A DNA stretch of 64,000 bases from Myxococcales bacterium (GTDB taxonomy: Bacteria; Myxococcota_A; Polyangia; Polyangiales; DASUME01): the NCBI GenBank assembly GCA_047601445.1, contig JASGJH010000001.1, positions 3,072,001 to 3,136,000 of the forward strand, written 5' to 3'. Below, piece by piece: positions 20,503 through 30,151 of this stretch (position 1 is its first letter; every line of letters begins with the position of its first letter). The translations under genes and the position numbers were made by a program. The notes beneath the pieces were generated by a model. The model ran no database searches and was not told the origin of the DNA. It saw only the letters and a list, made by a program, of their open reading frames with translations.

Positions 20503-23190
20503 TCAGTAGGGATTGTCGGGGATGGCCGAGCGCAGCGCGCTGCTGACCTTGGGCTTGGGATTCGCGGCCGGCGGCGCCTCCGAGCCCTCGGACTTCGGAC
20601 GAACGTCACGCCGCAACTTGGCGCGCTCCGCAGCCTGATCGGCTTGGGCCGCCGCGGTGGTGCCCTCGGCGACGGATGGGGCCGGTAGGACGGTGGGCGC
20701 CTTGCGAGCTGGCTTGGACGAAGCCGCGCCGGCCGAGTGCGCTGCAGTAGCAGGAGCGCTGGCGGAACGCGCGCCCGTCGCTGGCTCGAGCTGGGGCGCG
20801 ACGTCCCGTGCCTCGGTGCGGGCAGGTCCCTGCTGGAGCTCTTGCTTTTCGAGCGCCTTCGCCGTGTCGGGCGACATCGAGTCGACCTGAAGGGTGCTGG
20901 GACTCGCCGCGGTGCTCCGTGAACGCCCGACCGATTGCCGGACGTTGGCGCCGATGAAAGCCACCACGATGGCCGCCGCGGCAGCCATCGCCCACCAGCG
21001 CGCGTTGCCACGGGGGCGTGCATCGTCGTCGAGATCGGCCTGCGGCGGCAGCGTGCGCTCCGCTGTGTTAGGCGGCGTCAGGCTGCTCGGTGCGAGCGCG
21101 ACCGAGCTCGAAATGCTCACCAAGGAGGTTCCTGGGCCTGAATCGCCAGGAGTCGCGACGAACGGGGCCTCGCGCCGCGTGCTGGGTCGGGAGGCCGCGC
21201 TCTCGCTGGCTTCGCTCGCACGAATCGCCTCGAAGGTCTTCGGCAGCGCTTCGGCGGACGGGGTGGGTCGCGAGGCGAGCGGCGCGCCCACGGGCTCGGG
21301 TGGAATCGAAAGGCGCGCGGGGATGGAGTCCCTGCGTACCGCGGACACCGGCTCGGTCTCGATCACGGGAGATGATTTGCGCGGCAGTGGCGGCGGCAGC
21401 GTGGAGCGCGCCGCGGGCGGCTTCGAGGGCATGTAGGATGGACGCGCGGCTTGCGGAGCCGGCGGAGGGAGGCTCGTGATCCCGGCATAACGACCGGTGT
21501 CGACCTCGTCGAACATGTTGAGCTCACGCGCGGGCTGGGTCTTGCCCGGCGACTCCGGCTTGGGCTGGCGTGACACACGCTTGCTGCGCGCGGAGGGATC
21601 GATTTGGCTGTAGGCGCCCGGGCGCGGTGGCGGGGTTCCACCTGCAGGCCCCTGGGGCGCGGCGCTCACACGATTGGGCGTGGTACGCGCCGTGTCGATG
21701 ATCGACTCGAGCGCATCCGCCGCAGCGCTTGCGCCGAACGCGGCTGCTTCCGCCTCGGCGGACTCGAAGCTCGACTTCTCGATCACCGCGCTGGCATGGC
21801 TGTCGGTACCCGCTGCGCCGTCCGAGAATGCTCCGTAAGGAGGCGTGCTCACGCGCACACGTCGCGGCGGACGCGGCACCTCGTTCATGCTGTGGAACGC
21901 CAGGAAACGCGGCGCCGTGGGCTCATCGTCACGCTGAATGGGGAACAGACCGAGGCGATCGCGTTTGGCGTGCACCGGCGTCTTGTCCGGATCGCTACTG
22001 CCATCGGTGTCGCCCGAGGATCCGCCGTGAATTCTTCCGCTCAAGTAAGGATCCTCCTGCCGTGGGTCCAAGAAACCGTGGGTGCGTGCGCCGGGCAACG
22101 CGAACTCGCTGGCGAGGTCGCCCGACTTGCGGCGTCGCTCGATGAGCTCGCGGCCCATCACGCTGGTGACCCAGGCGCCGATCTCGCCCGGCGAGGCGAA
22201 CAGGGCCTGGTTGAGTGCGGCATCGCGTAGTTCGCGGGCCATCTCGTGGGCGCTCGAGAAACGTGCGGCCGGGTCGCGCTCGAGCGCGCGCATGCAGACC
22301 GCGTCCAGACTGCGCGGAGGGCAGGCCCCCACCTCGCTGGGCCGGGGAATCCGGCGGTGGAGCAGGTTCTGAAAGGTCCGCTCCTCGGTGTCGGCGGCGA
22401 ACAAGTGCTCGCCCGTGAGGGCCTCCCACAACGTGATGCCGACGATGAACAGGTCCGCGCGGTGGTCGACGTGCTCGGGGTCCAGCGCTTGCTCCGGCGC
22501 CATGTACGCGACCCGCAAACGCTCGCTGCGGGTCCGCGACGGCTCGATGCCGCGCGCGCTCATCTGGCTGAAGTCCGTGAGCCGGCCGACGCCATCGACA
22601 CCCACCAAGATGTGCCGCGCACAGGGCGCCTGGTGCACGATGCGCAGCGGCTGCTCGTCGTCGCCGAAGGCGTGGTGGACCGCGTGTAGACCGCTGAGCG
22701 CGTCCACCAGGAGCGGCAGCACGAAACGCGGTTGCGCCATCGCTCCCACGCGGACCAGCACCCGCTCGAGGTTCTCGCCCTCGATATAGTCGCTGACCAC
22801 GTAGCAGCCGCCTTCGCTGCCAACGTCGAGCACTCCCACGAGATTGGCGTGATGAAGCCCTGCCGTGAGCTGCGCCTCGTCGACCAGCAGCTTGATGTAG
22901 TTCTCCTGCCCGGCGTACTCGGGACGCAGCCGCTTGATGGTCAGGAGACGCTGAAAGCCGAGGGGGCCACGCTTCTTGGCAAGGTGGACGGTCGTCAGCT
23001 CACCGCGGGCCAACTCGGTAAGCAGGGTGTACGGGCCCAAGAGCTCACCGCTCGGCTCACGCACCTGGGCGGGCGACCTGTTTCCCTCGTCCCGCTCCAC
23101 ACTTCCTCCGTGCCACCGGTTCTCCGCCCGCGCGCCCGAGGGCGCGCTTCGACCCGAGTCGGCTAACGCTCTGTCGGCGCGATCACCCAC
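20503..23190 (-). CDS. Membrane-anchored Ser/Thr kinase-like protein, predicted pseudokinase
   Basis: Hanks fold (TIKRL, DEAQL, HANLV, YMAPEQ, DLFIVG) but HRD is HQA and DFG is DFS; long Pro/Ser linker; TM WWAMAAAAAIVVAFIG; ends IPDNPY. Confidence 0.88.
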   Translation of the reverse strand: MGDRADRALADSGRSAPSGARAENRWHGGSVERDEGNRSPAQVREPSGELLGPYTLLTELARGELTTVHLAKKRGPLGFQRLLTIKRLRPEYAGQENYIKLLVDEAQLTAGLHHANLVGVLDVGSEGGCYVVSDYIEGENLERVLVRVGAMAQPRFVLPLLVDALSGLHAVHHAFGDDEQPLRIVHQAPCARHILVGVDGVGRLTDFSQMSARGIEPSRTRSERLRVAYMAPEQALDPEHVDHRADLFIVGITLWEALTGEHLFAADTEERTFQNLLHRRIPRPSEVGACPPRSLDAVCMRALERDPAARFSSAHEMARELRDAALNQALFASPGEIGAWVTSVMGRELIERRRKSGDLASEFALPGARTHGFLDPRQEDPYLSGRIHGGSSGDTDGSSDPDKTPVHAKRDRLGLFPIQRDDEPTAPRFLAFHSMNEVPRPPRRVRVSTPPYGAFSDGAAGTDSHASAVIEKSSFESAEAEAAAFGASAAADALESIIDTARTTPNRVSAAPQGPAGGTPPPRPGAYSQIDPSARSKRVSRQPKPESPGKTQPARELNMFDEVDTGRYAGITSLPPPAPQAARPSYMPSKPPAARSTLPPPLPRKSSPVIETEPVSAVRRDSIPARLSIPPEPVGAPLASRPTPSAEALPKTFEAIRASEASESAASRPSTRREAPFVATPGDSGPGTSLVSISSSVALAPSSLTPPNTAERTLPPQADLDDDARPRGNARWWAMAAAAAIVVAFIGANVRQSVGRSRSTAASPSTLQVDSMSPDTAKALEKQELQQGPARTEARDVAPQLEPATGARSASAPATAAHSAGAASSKPARKAPTVLPAPSVAEGTTAAAQADQAAERAKLRRDVRPKSEGSEAPPAANPKPKVSSALRSAIPDNPY

Positions 23191-23293
23191 CCTTATGAGC
23201 TTTACAAAACGCGCGCTGTGGGCACAAGCAAAGGTGCCTCAGCAGACACAGATGCTCCCGTTCCTGCGTTCTAATCGCAACGCAATTTTTCAT

Positions 23294-24268
23294 TCACACG
23301 GTGAGCACAATCTTGCCCTGTACCTTGCGAGTGGTGATCTGATCGAGCGCCTCTGCGGCCCGCTCGAGGGGATACGTGGCGCTGACTTCGATGGTCAGCT
23401 GACCCCGCTCGTACATGCCGAACAGGGCCCGCATCGCCTCGCCGATCTTGGCGGGATCCTTGTCCTGATAGGGGCCCCAGTGCAGCCCGACCAGCGAGAT
23501 GTTCTTGAGCAACACGCGGTTCATGGCGCAGGTCGGAATGCGGCCCGAGGCGAACCCGATTACATGGAGGTTGCCCGCGAACGCGATGCACTTGAGTGAC
23601 AAGTCGAAGACATCGCCGCCCACCGGGTCGTAAATGTGGTCCGCGCCGCGCCCCTGTGTTGCTTGCAACACTTCTTGTACCCAGCTCGGATCACGCGAGT
23701 CGTAGGCCGCCTCGGCTCCCTGAGACACCACGAACGCACGCTTCTCCGGGCTGCCTGCCGTCGCGAGCACCCGCGCGCCGAGAGCCTTGCCGATTTGCAC
23801 GGCGGCGAGCCCCACGCCGCCAGCCGCGCCGTGGACCAAGAGCGTCTGCCCGGGCTGCACCGGTGCGCGGTACACGAGCGCGAAGTACGAGGTGTGATAG
23901 ACGACGGTGAGCGCCGCGGCGTGCTCCCAGGTCATCTTTTCGGGCAGCACGTGGACGCGCTCGGCACTCACGGCTACCTGGCTCGCGTAGGCCCCGTAGG
24001 GCAAGAGGGCGAGCACCCGTTGACCAGGCTCGAGCCCGCGCACGTCCGGCGCCACCTCCCGAATCGACCCGGCCACCTCGGAGCCCGGAGCGAAGGGAAA
24101 CGGGGGACGGATCTGGTACTTGCCCTGCACCATCAGAATGTCCGCCAAGTTCACGCCGATGGTCTTCACGTCGATCAGGACTTGGCCCGGCTGCAGCGTG
24201 GGCGCGGGCAGCTCCACGAGCTGGAGATCGCGGGGCTCGCACCAACGGTCGACTTGCATGGCTTTCAT
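23294..24268 (-). CDS. NADPH:quinone oxidoreductase (zeta-crystallin/MDR family)
   Basis: GVNLADIL...PFAPGSEVAG, VHGAAGGVG, YDPVGG, IGFASG, GKIVL. Confidence 0.95.
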   Translation of the reverse strand: MKAMQVDRWCEPRDLQLVELPAPTLQPGQVLIDVKTIGVNLADILMVQGKYQIRPPFPFAPGSEVAGSIREVAPDVRGLEPGQRVLALLPYGAYASQVAVSAERVHVLPEKMTWEHAAALTVVYHTSYFALVYRAPVQPGQTLLVHGAAGGVGLAAVQIGKALGARVLATAGSPEKRAFVVSQGAEAAYDSRDPSWVQEVLQATQGRGADHIYDPVGGDVFDLSLKCIAFAGNLHVIGFASGRIPTCAMNRVLLKNISLVGLHWGPYQDKDPAKIGEAMRALFGMYERGQLTIEVSATYPLERAAEALDQITTRKVQGKIVLTV

Positions 24269-24334
24269 GTCCTGGCTGCTACCGTGGACGAACCTCCGTG
24301 TCCAATGCGCAGCGACGCGCTATGTCGGGGCGCC

Positions 24335-25225
24335 GTGAACCTGCATCAGTCCTCCATCGCCATCACCGGAGCCACCGGCTTTCTCGGCGGCTTCCTGGTC
24401 CGAAAGCTGCTCGCGCGCGGCGCCAAGGTCGTCGCCGTGGTCCGCAATCCGAGCAAGGCTTCCGAGCTCTCCGCCTTGGGCGCCGAAGTCCGGCGGGCAG
24501 ACCTCGGTGAGCCCGAAGCGTTGAGCGCCGCGTTCCACGGCTGCGACGCGGTGATCTCGAACGCCGCGGTGGTTTCCTTCAGCGAGCCGCGCAAGACCCA
24601 CGCGACCAACGTGGAGGGCACCAAGAACGTATTCGGCGCCATCGCCACGCAAGGCATCAAGCGTGCGATCGCCATCTCCTCGGCGTCCGCCTACCGTGCG
24701 TCCCCCTTCGTACGCACGGAGCAGAGCCGCCTACGCGCAGGCGGTGCCCTGAATCCCCTGAGCGCCTACGGCTCGTCGAAGGCCGAGTCCGAGCGCCTGG
24801 CCTGGCAGCTCTCGCGTGAACACGGCGTTTGTCTCACTACGTTTCGGCCCTGTGGCATCAGCGGGCCCCGCGATCCTCTCCTGATGGGCGCGCTCGCGAA
24901 GCTGGGCAAACTGCCCTTCGCTCCACTCCCCGTGTTCACCGAGATCGGCGTGGTGCACGCCGAGGACGTGGCCGAAGCCGTGGCGCTGGCGCTGGAGAAG
25001 CCTCAAGTTGCCTGTGGCAAGGCCTACAATCTGCAGGGCGTGAGCATCTCCCTGTGGCGCATGGTGGAGGCCTATCGGCGCGCGGGCGGAAGTGCCCCGC
25101 GCTGGCTCTTGCCGGTGCCGTTTCCCTTCTTGCTGCGCTACGACGATCGCCTCGCACGCCACGACCTCGGCTGGCGCCCGCGCGACATCGACGCCGTCTG
25201 TCAGGACGCGCTGCGCGGAGTTTGA
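24335..25225 (+). CDS. NAD-dependent epimerase/dehydratase (extended SDR)
   Basis: ITGATGFLGG, NVEGT, ISS, YGSSK; start GTG 24335 or ATG 24305. Confidence 0.9.
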   Translation: MNLHQSSIAITGATGFLGGFLVRKLLARGAKVVAVVRNPSKASELSALGAEVRRADLGEPEALSAAFHGCDAVISNAAVVSFSEPRKTHATNVEGTKNVFGAIATQGIKRAIAISSASAYRASPFVRTEQSRLRAGGALNPLSAYGSSKAESERLAWQLSREHGVCLTTFRPCGISGPRDPLLMGALAKLGKLPFAPLPVFTEIGVVHAEDVAEAVALALEKPQVACGKAYNLQGVSISLWRMVEAYRRAGGSAPRWLLPVPFPFLLRYDDRLARHDLGWRPRDIDAVCQDALRGV

Positions 25226-25270
25226 CGCGGCGGAACAGGCGAGGCGGGCGCCTGTGTTAGCGTTCCGACC

Positions 25271-26179
25271 ATGCGACGCCTCCTCTCCACCTTCGCCATC
25301 GTCTGGGCTGCCCAACTCGCGCACGGCGCGGTCCACGCGCAAGCCTCGGGCTACGCCGCCCCTGCTCCCAACAGCCCGCCGACCGGCAGCCCCGCTCCGG
25401 CGCAGCCTGCCCCCACGGCGCCGCCCGCGGTGTACTACGCGCCGCCACAAAACTACGCGCCGGCTCCGTCGGCCCCCCAGGTGCAGCCATACGCGCAGCA
25501 ACCTGCCGCTCCAGTAGCCACCTACCCCGCGGCTCCCCCTCCCGCGCCGATGACCCCGACGCCGCCCGCGCAGCCTCAAGTGGACGCCGCTTACGGAGCA
25601 GCGCCCGCGCCCTCCACTCCGACCGGCGTGCTCTTGCCCGCACCGCCGCCTGGCTACGTGTACACCGCCACGCCAGCGGTCCCGGACGAGCAGCGCGCGG
25701 CCAACGCCAGCGAGCTGCAGCGCATCGAAGCGCGCCTCGATGCCCTCAAGGCCGAGCGCGCCCAGCACGGCATCGGAGGTCCCATCGCCCTGATGGCAGG
25801 CGGCTACGCCACGGCCCTAGGCTGCTCGCTGTTCGCGCTGGCGGCGTTCGGAACGGCCCAGGACATCGAGCACCTCGGCTTCTCGCGCGACCAGAAGCAG
25901 CTCGACAAGTACGACCTCAACCACGACGACGTCGTGAACCACGAGGACGAGGACTCCGCGCGCAGGGCCGCCCGGGTGATGGGCACGCTGAGCGTGATCG
26001 GCGCCGGCGTCGGCCTGTTCGGAACGCTCTTCTTCGCCCGTCGCAACGCCAAGCGCAACGCCAGCAAGGACGAGATCCTGGCGCTCAAGAACCGACGTCG
26101 CGAGCTGATTCACTCGCTGCAGTACGGGGCGAACGTCGGCACGAGCGACCTGGGCCTGAAGCTCTCCGGAAGGTTCTGA
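25271..26179 (+). CDS. Exported Pro-rich hypothetical protein with EF-hand-like loop
   Basis: Signal peptide ending VHA; P/A/Y-rich region; coiled coil; two hydrophobic helices flanking DLNHDDVVNHED; ends LKLSGRF. Confidence 0.8.
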   Translation: MRRLLSTFAIVWAAQLAHGAVHAQASGYAAPAPNSPPTGSPAPAQPAPTAPPAVYYAPPQNYAPAPSAPQVQPYAQQPAAPVATYPAAPPPAPMTPTPPAQPQVDAAYGAAPAPSTPTGVLLPAPPPGYVYTATPAVPDEQRAANASELQRIEARLDALKAERAQHGIGGPIALMAGGYATALGCSLFALAAFGTAQDIEHLGFSRDQKQLDKYDLNHDDVVNHEDEDSARRAARVMGTLSVIGAGVGLFGTLFFARRNAKRNASKDEILALKNRRRELIHSLQYGANVGTSDLGLKLSGRF

Positions 26180-26234
26180 CCCCTTCCGCATCGGCTCCCC
26201 CCGAGTCACCCGTGCAAGCGTGCGTGCGGGGGGC

Positions 26235-26858
26235 TCAGTTCTCTTCTTCGCTCGGCGTCGGGATGCCCAGCTCTTCTTCGCGCTCGCGGACCATCTGCTG
26301 GACCGCTTGCCGCGAGACGCTCAACAGGCGGGCCGCACCGCTACGGCTGCCCTCGGCCTTGGCGAGCGCTTGTTCGACCATCACGCGTCGAACCTCGGTT
26401 TGCAGCTCACGCATCGGCGTGCGCCCAACGCTCGCGGCCACGAGGGCCTCGATGCGAGGCGCCTCGCTCAGCGCTTTCTGCACGCGCTCCGCGAGCAGCT
26501 CCACCTGGAACGGCTTTTCGAGGAAGGCTCGGCAGCCGACCTGCGCCAGGCGGAACGCATCCTCGGTCGACGTCTGACCGCTCACCGCGATCGCCACGGG
26601 GGCCGGGCGCCGGGTCGAGGCCAGCTCGAGGAGCTGGAACGCGTCCCCATCGGGGAGCGCAACGTCCGTGATTAAAAGATCGGGATTCTCCTGAAGTAGT
26701 TCGATTCCCTCGTGAATTGATCCGGCTTCGCTGACTTGGGCTCCCCACTGCCGCACCACACGAGCCAACGAACGCCTCAGCGTTTCATCATCCTCGACGA
26801 TCAGCACTCTCTTGAGCTGAGCGAGAGAGTTTTTGCCGCCCTGCTTGGGCTCCTGCAT
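26235..26858 (-). CDS. Response regulator, REC + Fis-type HTH (RegA/ActR-like architecture)
   Basis: IVEDD, ITDVALPDG, AVSG, LEKPF; EQALAKAEGSRSGAARLLSVSRQAV. Confidence 0.9.
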   Translation of the reverse strand: MQEPKQGGKNSLAQLKRVLIVEDDETLRRSLARVVRQWGAQVSEAGSIHEGIELLQENPDLLITDVALPDGDAFQLLELASTRRPAPVAIAVSGQTSTEDAFRLAQVGCRAFLEKPFQVELLAERVQKALSEAPRIEALVAASVGRTPMRELQTEVRRVMVEQALAKAEGSRSGAARLLSVSRQAVQQMVREREEELGIPTPSEEEN

Positions 26859-27209
26859 ATCGCCCCCAGTTGTTTCCCGACGAAGTGGGCGGGTCCGCCC
26901 ACGAGCTCACTCCAAACACATCGAAGCTCGCGCGACCGCGAGCGAGCAACACGCGGCAGAGAGGAGAAGCGCACCTCACTCCGCAGGTCCTCTATTCTCA
27001 AGAGAAAAGTCGGTTGCGGCAAGGTTGTTTGGACGACCACGCAAAATAGGGTGGCAGCCAGAACGACGTTGGCGCCGGTGAGCCACTTAACATCGATGCA
27101 AGATTTCGAGCACGTGAATTGGTGAACGTTAGTACCATTGCGGAGTCGAAGTCGAAGTCTGCGGTGTTCGGTCCGAAAGCAGTCGTAGTCCTTCACCGAC
27201 GGGGAGCTT

Positions 27210-27551
27210 ATGGCGTTTCGAGAAAACCTGGAGCGGATGGCCCGAATCTACGAAGGTGTTGCGATCTTCAGCGTGGAGCGCGGCAGCACCACCCACCGCG
27301 CGGGGATACGTGCGGGTGATATCCTGATGTCGGTCAATGGGCGTCGAATCCGACACCATTCGGAGTACAGTCAAGCGCGCCGTCTGCGTGCCGAGTGTAT
27401 CGAGCTGGTTGTCATGCGACAGGGACGGGAACTGCGCCTGTGGGCGGCGGGCGCTGCGAGCTCCGCCAAGACCGAAGAGACAGTGGTGGAGGCACCGACA
27501 GAGGTGCCCTCGACCACGATCGCCAGCGTCACCTGGCGCGGCGCGGCCTGA
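27210..27551 (+). CDS. Small stand-alone PDZ-domain protein
   Basis: GGGAG SD; VAIFSVERGSTTHRAGIRAGDILMSVNG. Confidence 0.8.
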   Translation: MAFRENLERMARIYEGVAIFSVERGSTTHRAGIRAGDILMSVNGRRIRHHSEYSQARRLRAECIELVVMRQGRELRLWAAGAASSAKTEETVVEAPTEVPSTTIASVTWRGAA

Positions 27552-27573
27552 GATTCGGGGTCCGAGCGCCCTG

Positions 27574-29271
27574 CTACTCGGGCCCGACGACCTGCGAAAG
27601 TACGCGTCCGGAGCTGCCGTTGGGCGGCTGAACGCGCGCCAGCCGGGCCAAAGTCGGCGCGATATCCCGCGGATCGGCCGGCTCCCCGATACGGCCCTGC
27701 GGCAGACCCAGGCCCCAGAACGCCACGGGTACGGCCCGATCGAAGAGGTAAGGCGTGCCGTGCATGGCGGCGAGGTCCGCGGGATCGGTGGCCTGGATCC
27801 ACCCCGGGTCCGGCACCAAGTACACATGACCGGTGCGCTCGGCGTCGAAACTCATGCGCACGCGCTGCTCGATCTCGTTGTCCGGTAGGCGATTGCGCAA
27901 CAGATCGGAGCGCGTGATGGCCCGCGCGATCCCCGGTCGGGCCAAAACGAGCTCCGCCACCATGCGCTCGGCATCCTCCATCGAGAGCCCCCGCGCCTTC
28001 ACCTTGGCCTCGTCGAGCCAAAGGCAAGGATTCGCGAACGCCGACACGAAGTCCCCGCTCGCGCCGAGCTGTGCCACGAGCTGAGAGTTGAGCTCCTGGA
28101 CCAGTTGTGTGCCAGCTGGATGACGCCCCGCCGGCAAGCCCAGGGAGAGGAGGTGTTCGGGGGTCTCCGAGATTCCGTGATCCGCGCTCAGGGCGACTAC
28201 CAGGCGCTGCTCCTCGACACGCTGCAACAAGAGATCGAACAGGCGCGCGATGACGCGATCGAGACGCACCAGGTTGTCTTCGGCCTCGAGGCTCTCCGGA
28301 CCGAAGGCGTGGCCGACGATGTCGGTGGAGGAAAAGCTAATCGCCAGGAGATCCGTTGCGTCGTCTCGCCCCAATGGCTCCGCTTCCAGCAGCGCGGTTA
28401 CCAGATCGAGCGTGAGCTCGTCGCCGAAGGGACTGTGCTTGATGGCCGAGTATCGCACGCGGGGTTCGGTGCCCGTGAGGGTGTGCGGGAAGGCGGTGCC
28501 ATCGGCTGCATGCAGAGCTTTCTCGAACGGACGCGCGTCGCGGGCGCGATTGCGGTAGGACTCGGGCGGCAGGAGCAAGCTCCATTGCAGGGGAAAGCGC
28601 GCGAGCGGGTCATGCGCGAGGAACGTGCCGAGCCATCCAGGCAACTCGGGGTAGTAGTAGCTGCTGGTGACATAGCGACCGCTGGCCTCCTCGTACCAGA
28701 AGGCCTTGCCCGCGTGGCCGGCAGGCAAGATCGCGGCGCGATCCTTGATGGACACGGAGAACACCAGGGCGGCTCCGTCACTGGCGAGCTCGAGCTGATC
28801 GCCCAACGTGCTCACGCGCAGCGCATCCGGTGAGGCCCCCGCTGCTGGCTTCGCGGCGCCCAGGAGAGGATAGCGGGCATCCTCGACCGACGTGCGCTTG
28901 TGTCCCGCCTCGAGCCACTCGTTGCCGACGATGCCGTGCATTGAGGGCAGCGCCCCCGTGAACAAGGTGGCGTGCCCAACCGCCGTCTCCGTGATGGCGT
29001 GAGCATAGTGTGCATTGTGGAAGAAGAGGCCGTCGTCGAGGAAGCGCCTGAGTCCCCCGGCCACGAACCGGTCGGCGTAGCGGGTCAACAGGTCCGTGCG
29101 CAGCTGATCCACCGTCACCTGCACGATCAGCTTGGGTGGCTCGGGAGGGCGTTGCTCGGAGACGGGCGCCTGCAGAACGCGCGGAACGGCCGCCGGCGTG
29201 GCACAACTCCCCAACATCGCGGCAAGCGCCGTCGTGATTGCGAGCCCCAGCACATCCGTGCGAGTTGCCAT
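27574..29271 (-). CDS. Alkaline phosphatase/nucleotide pyrophosphatase superfamily lipoprotein (PafA-like)
   Basis: Lipobox LGS-C; VDQLR, TETAVGHATLFTG (Thr nucleophile), SIKDRAAIL, SSTDIVGH, SADHG, HGTPY. Confidence 0.92.
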   Translation of the reverse strand: MATRTDVLGLAITTALAAMLGSCATPAAVPRVLQAPVSEQRPPEPPKLIVQVTVDQLRTDLLTRYADRFVAGGLRRFLDDGLFFHNAHYAHAITETAVGHATLFTGALPSMHGIVGNEWLEAGHKRTSVEDARYPLLGAAKPAAGASPDALRVSTLGDQLELASDGAALVFSVSIKDRAAILPAGHAGKAFWYEEASGRYVTSSYYYPELPGWLGTFLAHDPLARFPLQWSLLLPPESYRNRARDARPFEKALHAADGTAFPHTLTGTEPRVRYSAIKHSPFGDELTLDLVTALLEAEPLGRDDATDLLAISFSSTDIVGHAFGPESLEAEDNLVRLDRVIARLFDLLLQRVEEQRLVVALSADHGISETPEHLLSLGLPAGRHPAGTQLVQELNSQLVAQLGASGDFVSAFANPCLWLDEAKVKARGLSMEDAERMVAELVLARPGIARAITRSDLLRNRLPDNEIEQRVRMSFDAERTGHVYLVPDPGWIQATDPADLAAMHGTPYLFDRAVPVAFWGLGLPQGRIGEPADPRDIAPTLARLARVQPPNGSSGRVLSQVVGPE

Positions 29272-29323
29272 GGTGGGTTGATATCACGGGCAGCGTGCGG
29301 CATCCCGTGACACCTCTTAGGCG

Positions 29324-30088
29324 GTGAGCGCATACGACGCGGCGATGCTGGTGGTGCTGGTGTTCGCGGGCATTGCGGCAGGCTGGATCAATACGGTGGC
29401 GGGCGGAGGCAGCATGCTCACGGTGCCCGCTTTGATGTGGTGCGGCCTCCCGGTGGACCTGGCCAACGGCACGAGCCGCATCGCGATCCTGGCCCAGGGC
29501 GTCACGGCCGTGGCCGGCTTCCGGCGCCACAACACCCTCGACGACACCAGACTGCTCACGGAGATCGCCGTCCCCAACGTGGTGGGCGCCGTCATCGGGG
29601 CCTTCGTGGCGACGCTGATTCCGAACGCGGTGTTCAAGCCGATTCTGATCGGAGCCCTGCTGCTGATGGCTTTCAGCCTGTTCCTGAAGCCCGAATCGTT
29701 CCTGCCTCCCGAGGGCAGCGTCCCGCTGCGCCCGAGCCAGCGCCCAAGCGCCGTGCTGGCGCTCCTGTTTAGCGGGTTCTACGGCGGGTTCCTGCAGGCG
29801 GGGGTGGGCTTCGTGTTGTTGGCCGTGTTCGCGGGGATGCTGCGCATCGACCTGGTGCGGGGCAACGGGCTCAAGGTCGCCGTGGTGTTCGTCTACAGCG
29901 TGGTGGTGGTGCTGGTCTTCGCGGCGCGGTCGCGGGTGGACTACGCCTACGGCGCGCTGCTCGCGCTGGGACAGGTGGTGGGCGCCGAGGCCGGCGTACG
30001 CTTCTCGGTCAAGCGTGGCCAAGGGGCCATCAAAAAAGTGGTGTTCGTCATGATCATCGTCAGTGGCGTATCGCTGTTCTTCCGTTAG
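29324..30088 (+). CDS. Sulfite exporter TauE/SafE family membrane protein
   Basis: AGWINTVAGGGS...P, ANGTSR, GFYGGFLQAGVG; about 8 TM helices. Confidence 0.92.
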   Translation: MSAYDAAMLVVLVFAGIAAGWINTVAGGGSMLTVPALMWCGLPVDLANGTSRIAILAQGVTAVAGFRRHNTLDDTRLLTEIAVPNVVGAVIGAFVATLIPNAVFKPILIGALLLMAFSLFLKPESFLPPEGSVPLRPSQRPSAVLALLFSGFYGGFLQAGVGFVLLAVFAGMLRIDLVRGNGLKVAVVFVYSVVVVLVFAARSRVDYAYGALLALGQVVGAEAGVRFSVKRGQGAIKKVVFVMIIVSGVSLFFR

Positions 30089-30151
30089 CAACCATGGCAC
30101 CTCGAAACTTGACGCAGCGGGCCAGAGGTCCATGCTTCGGCCGAGTCGGAG

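Noticed and set aside
24335..25225. Extended SDR as a sterol C-3 dehydrogenase partner of the DHCR24-like gene
   Set aside because: Only generic SDR motifs are visible and it lies 5.6 kb away with unrelated genes between; needs phylogeny
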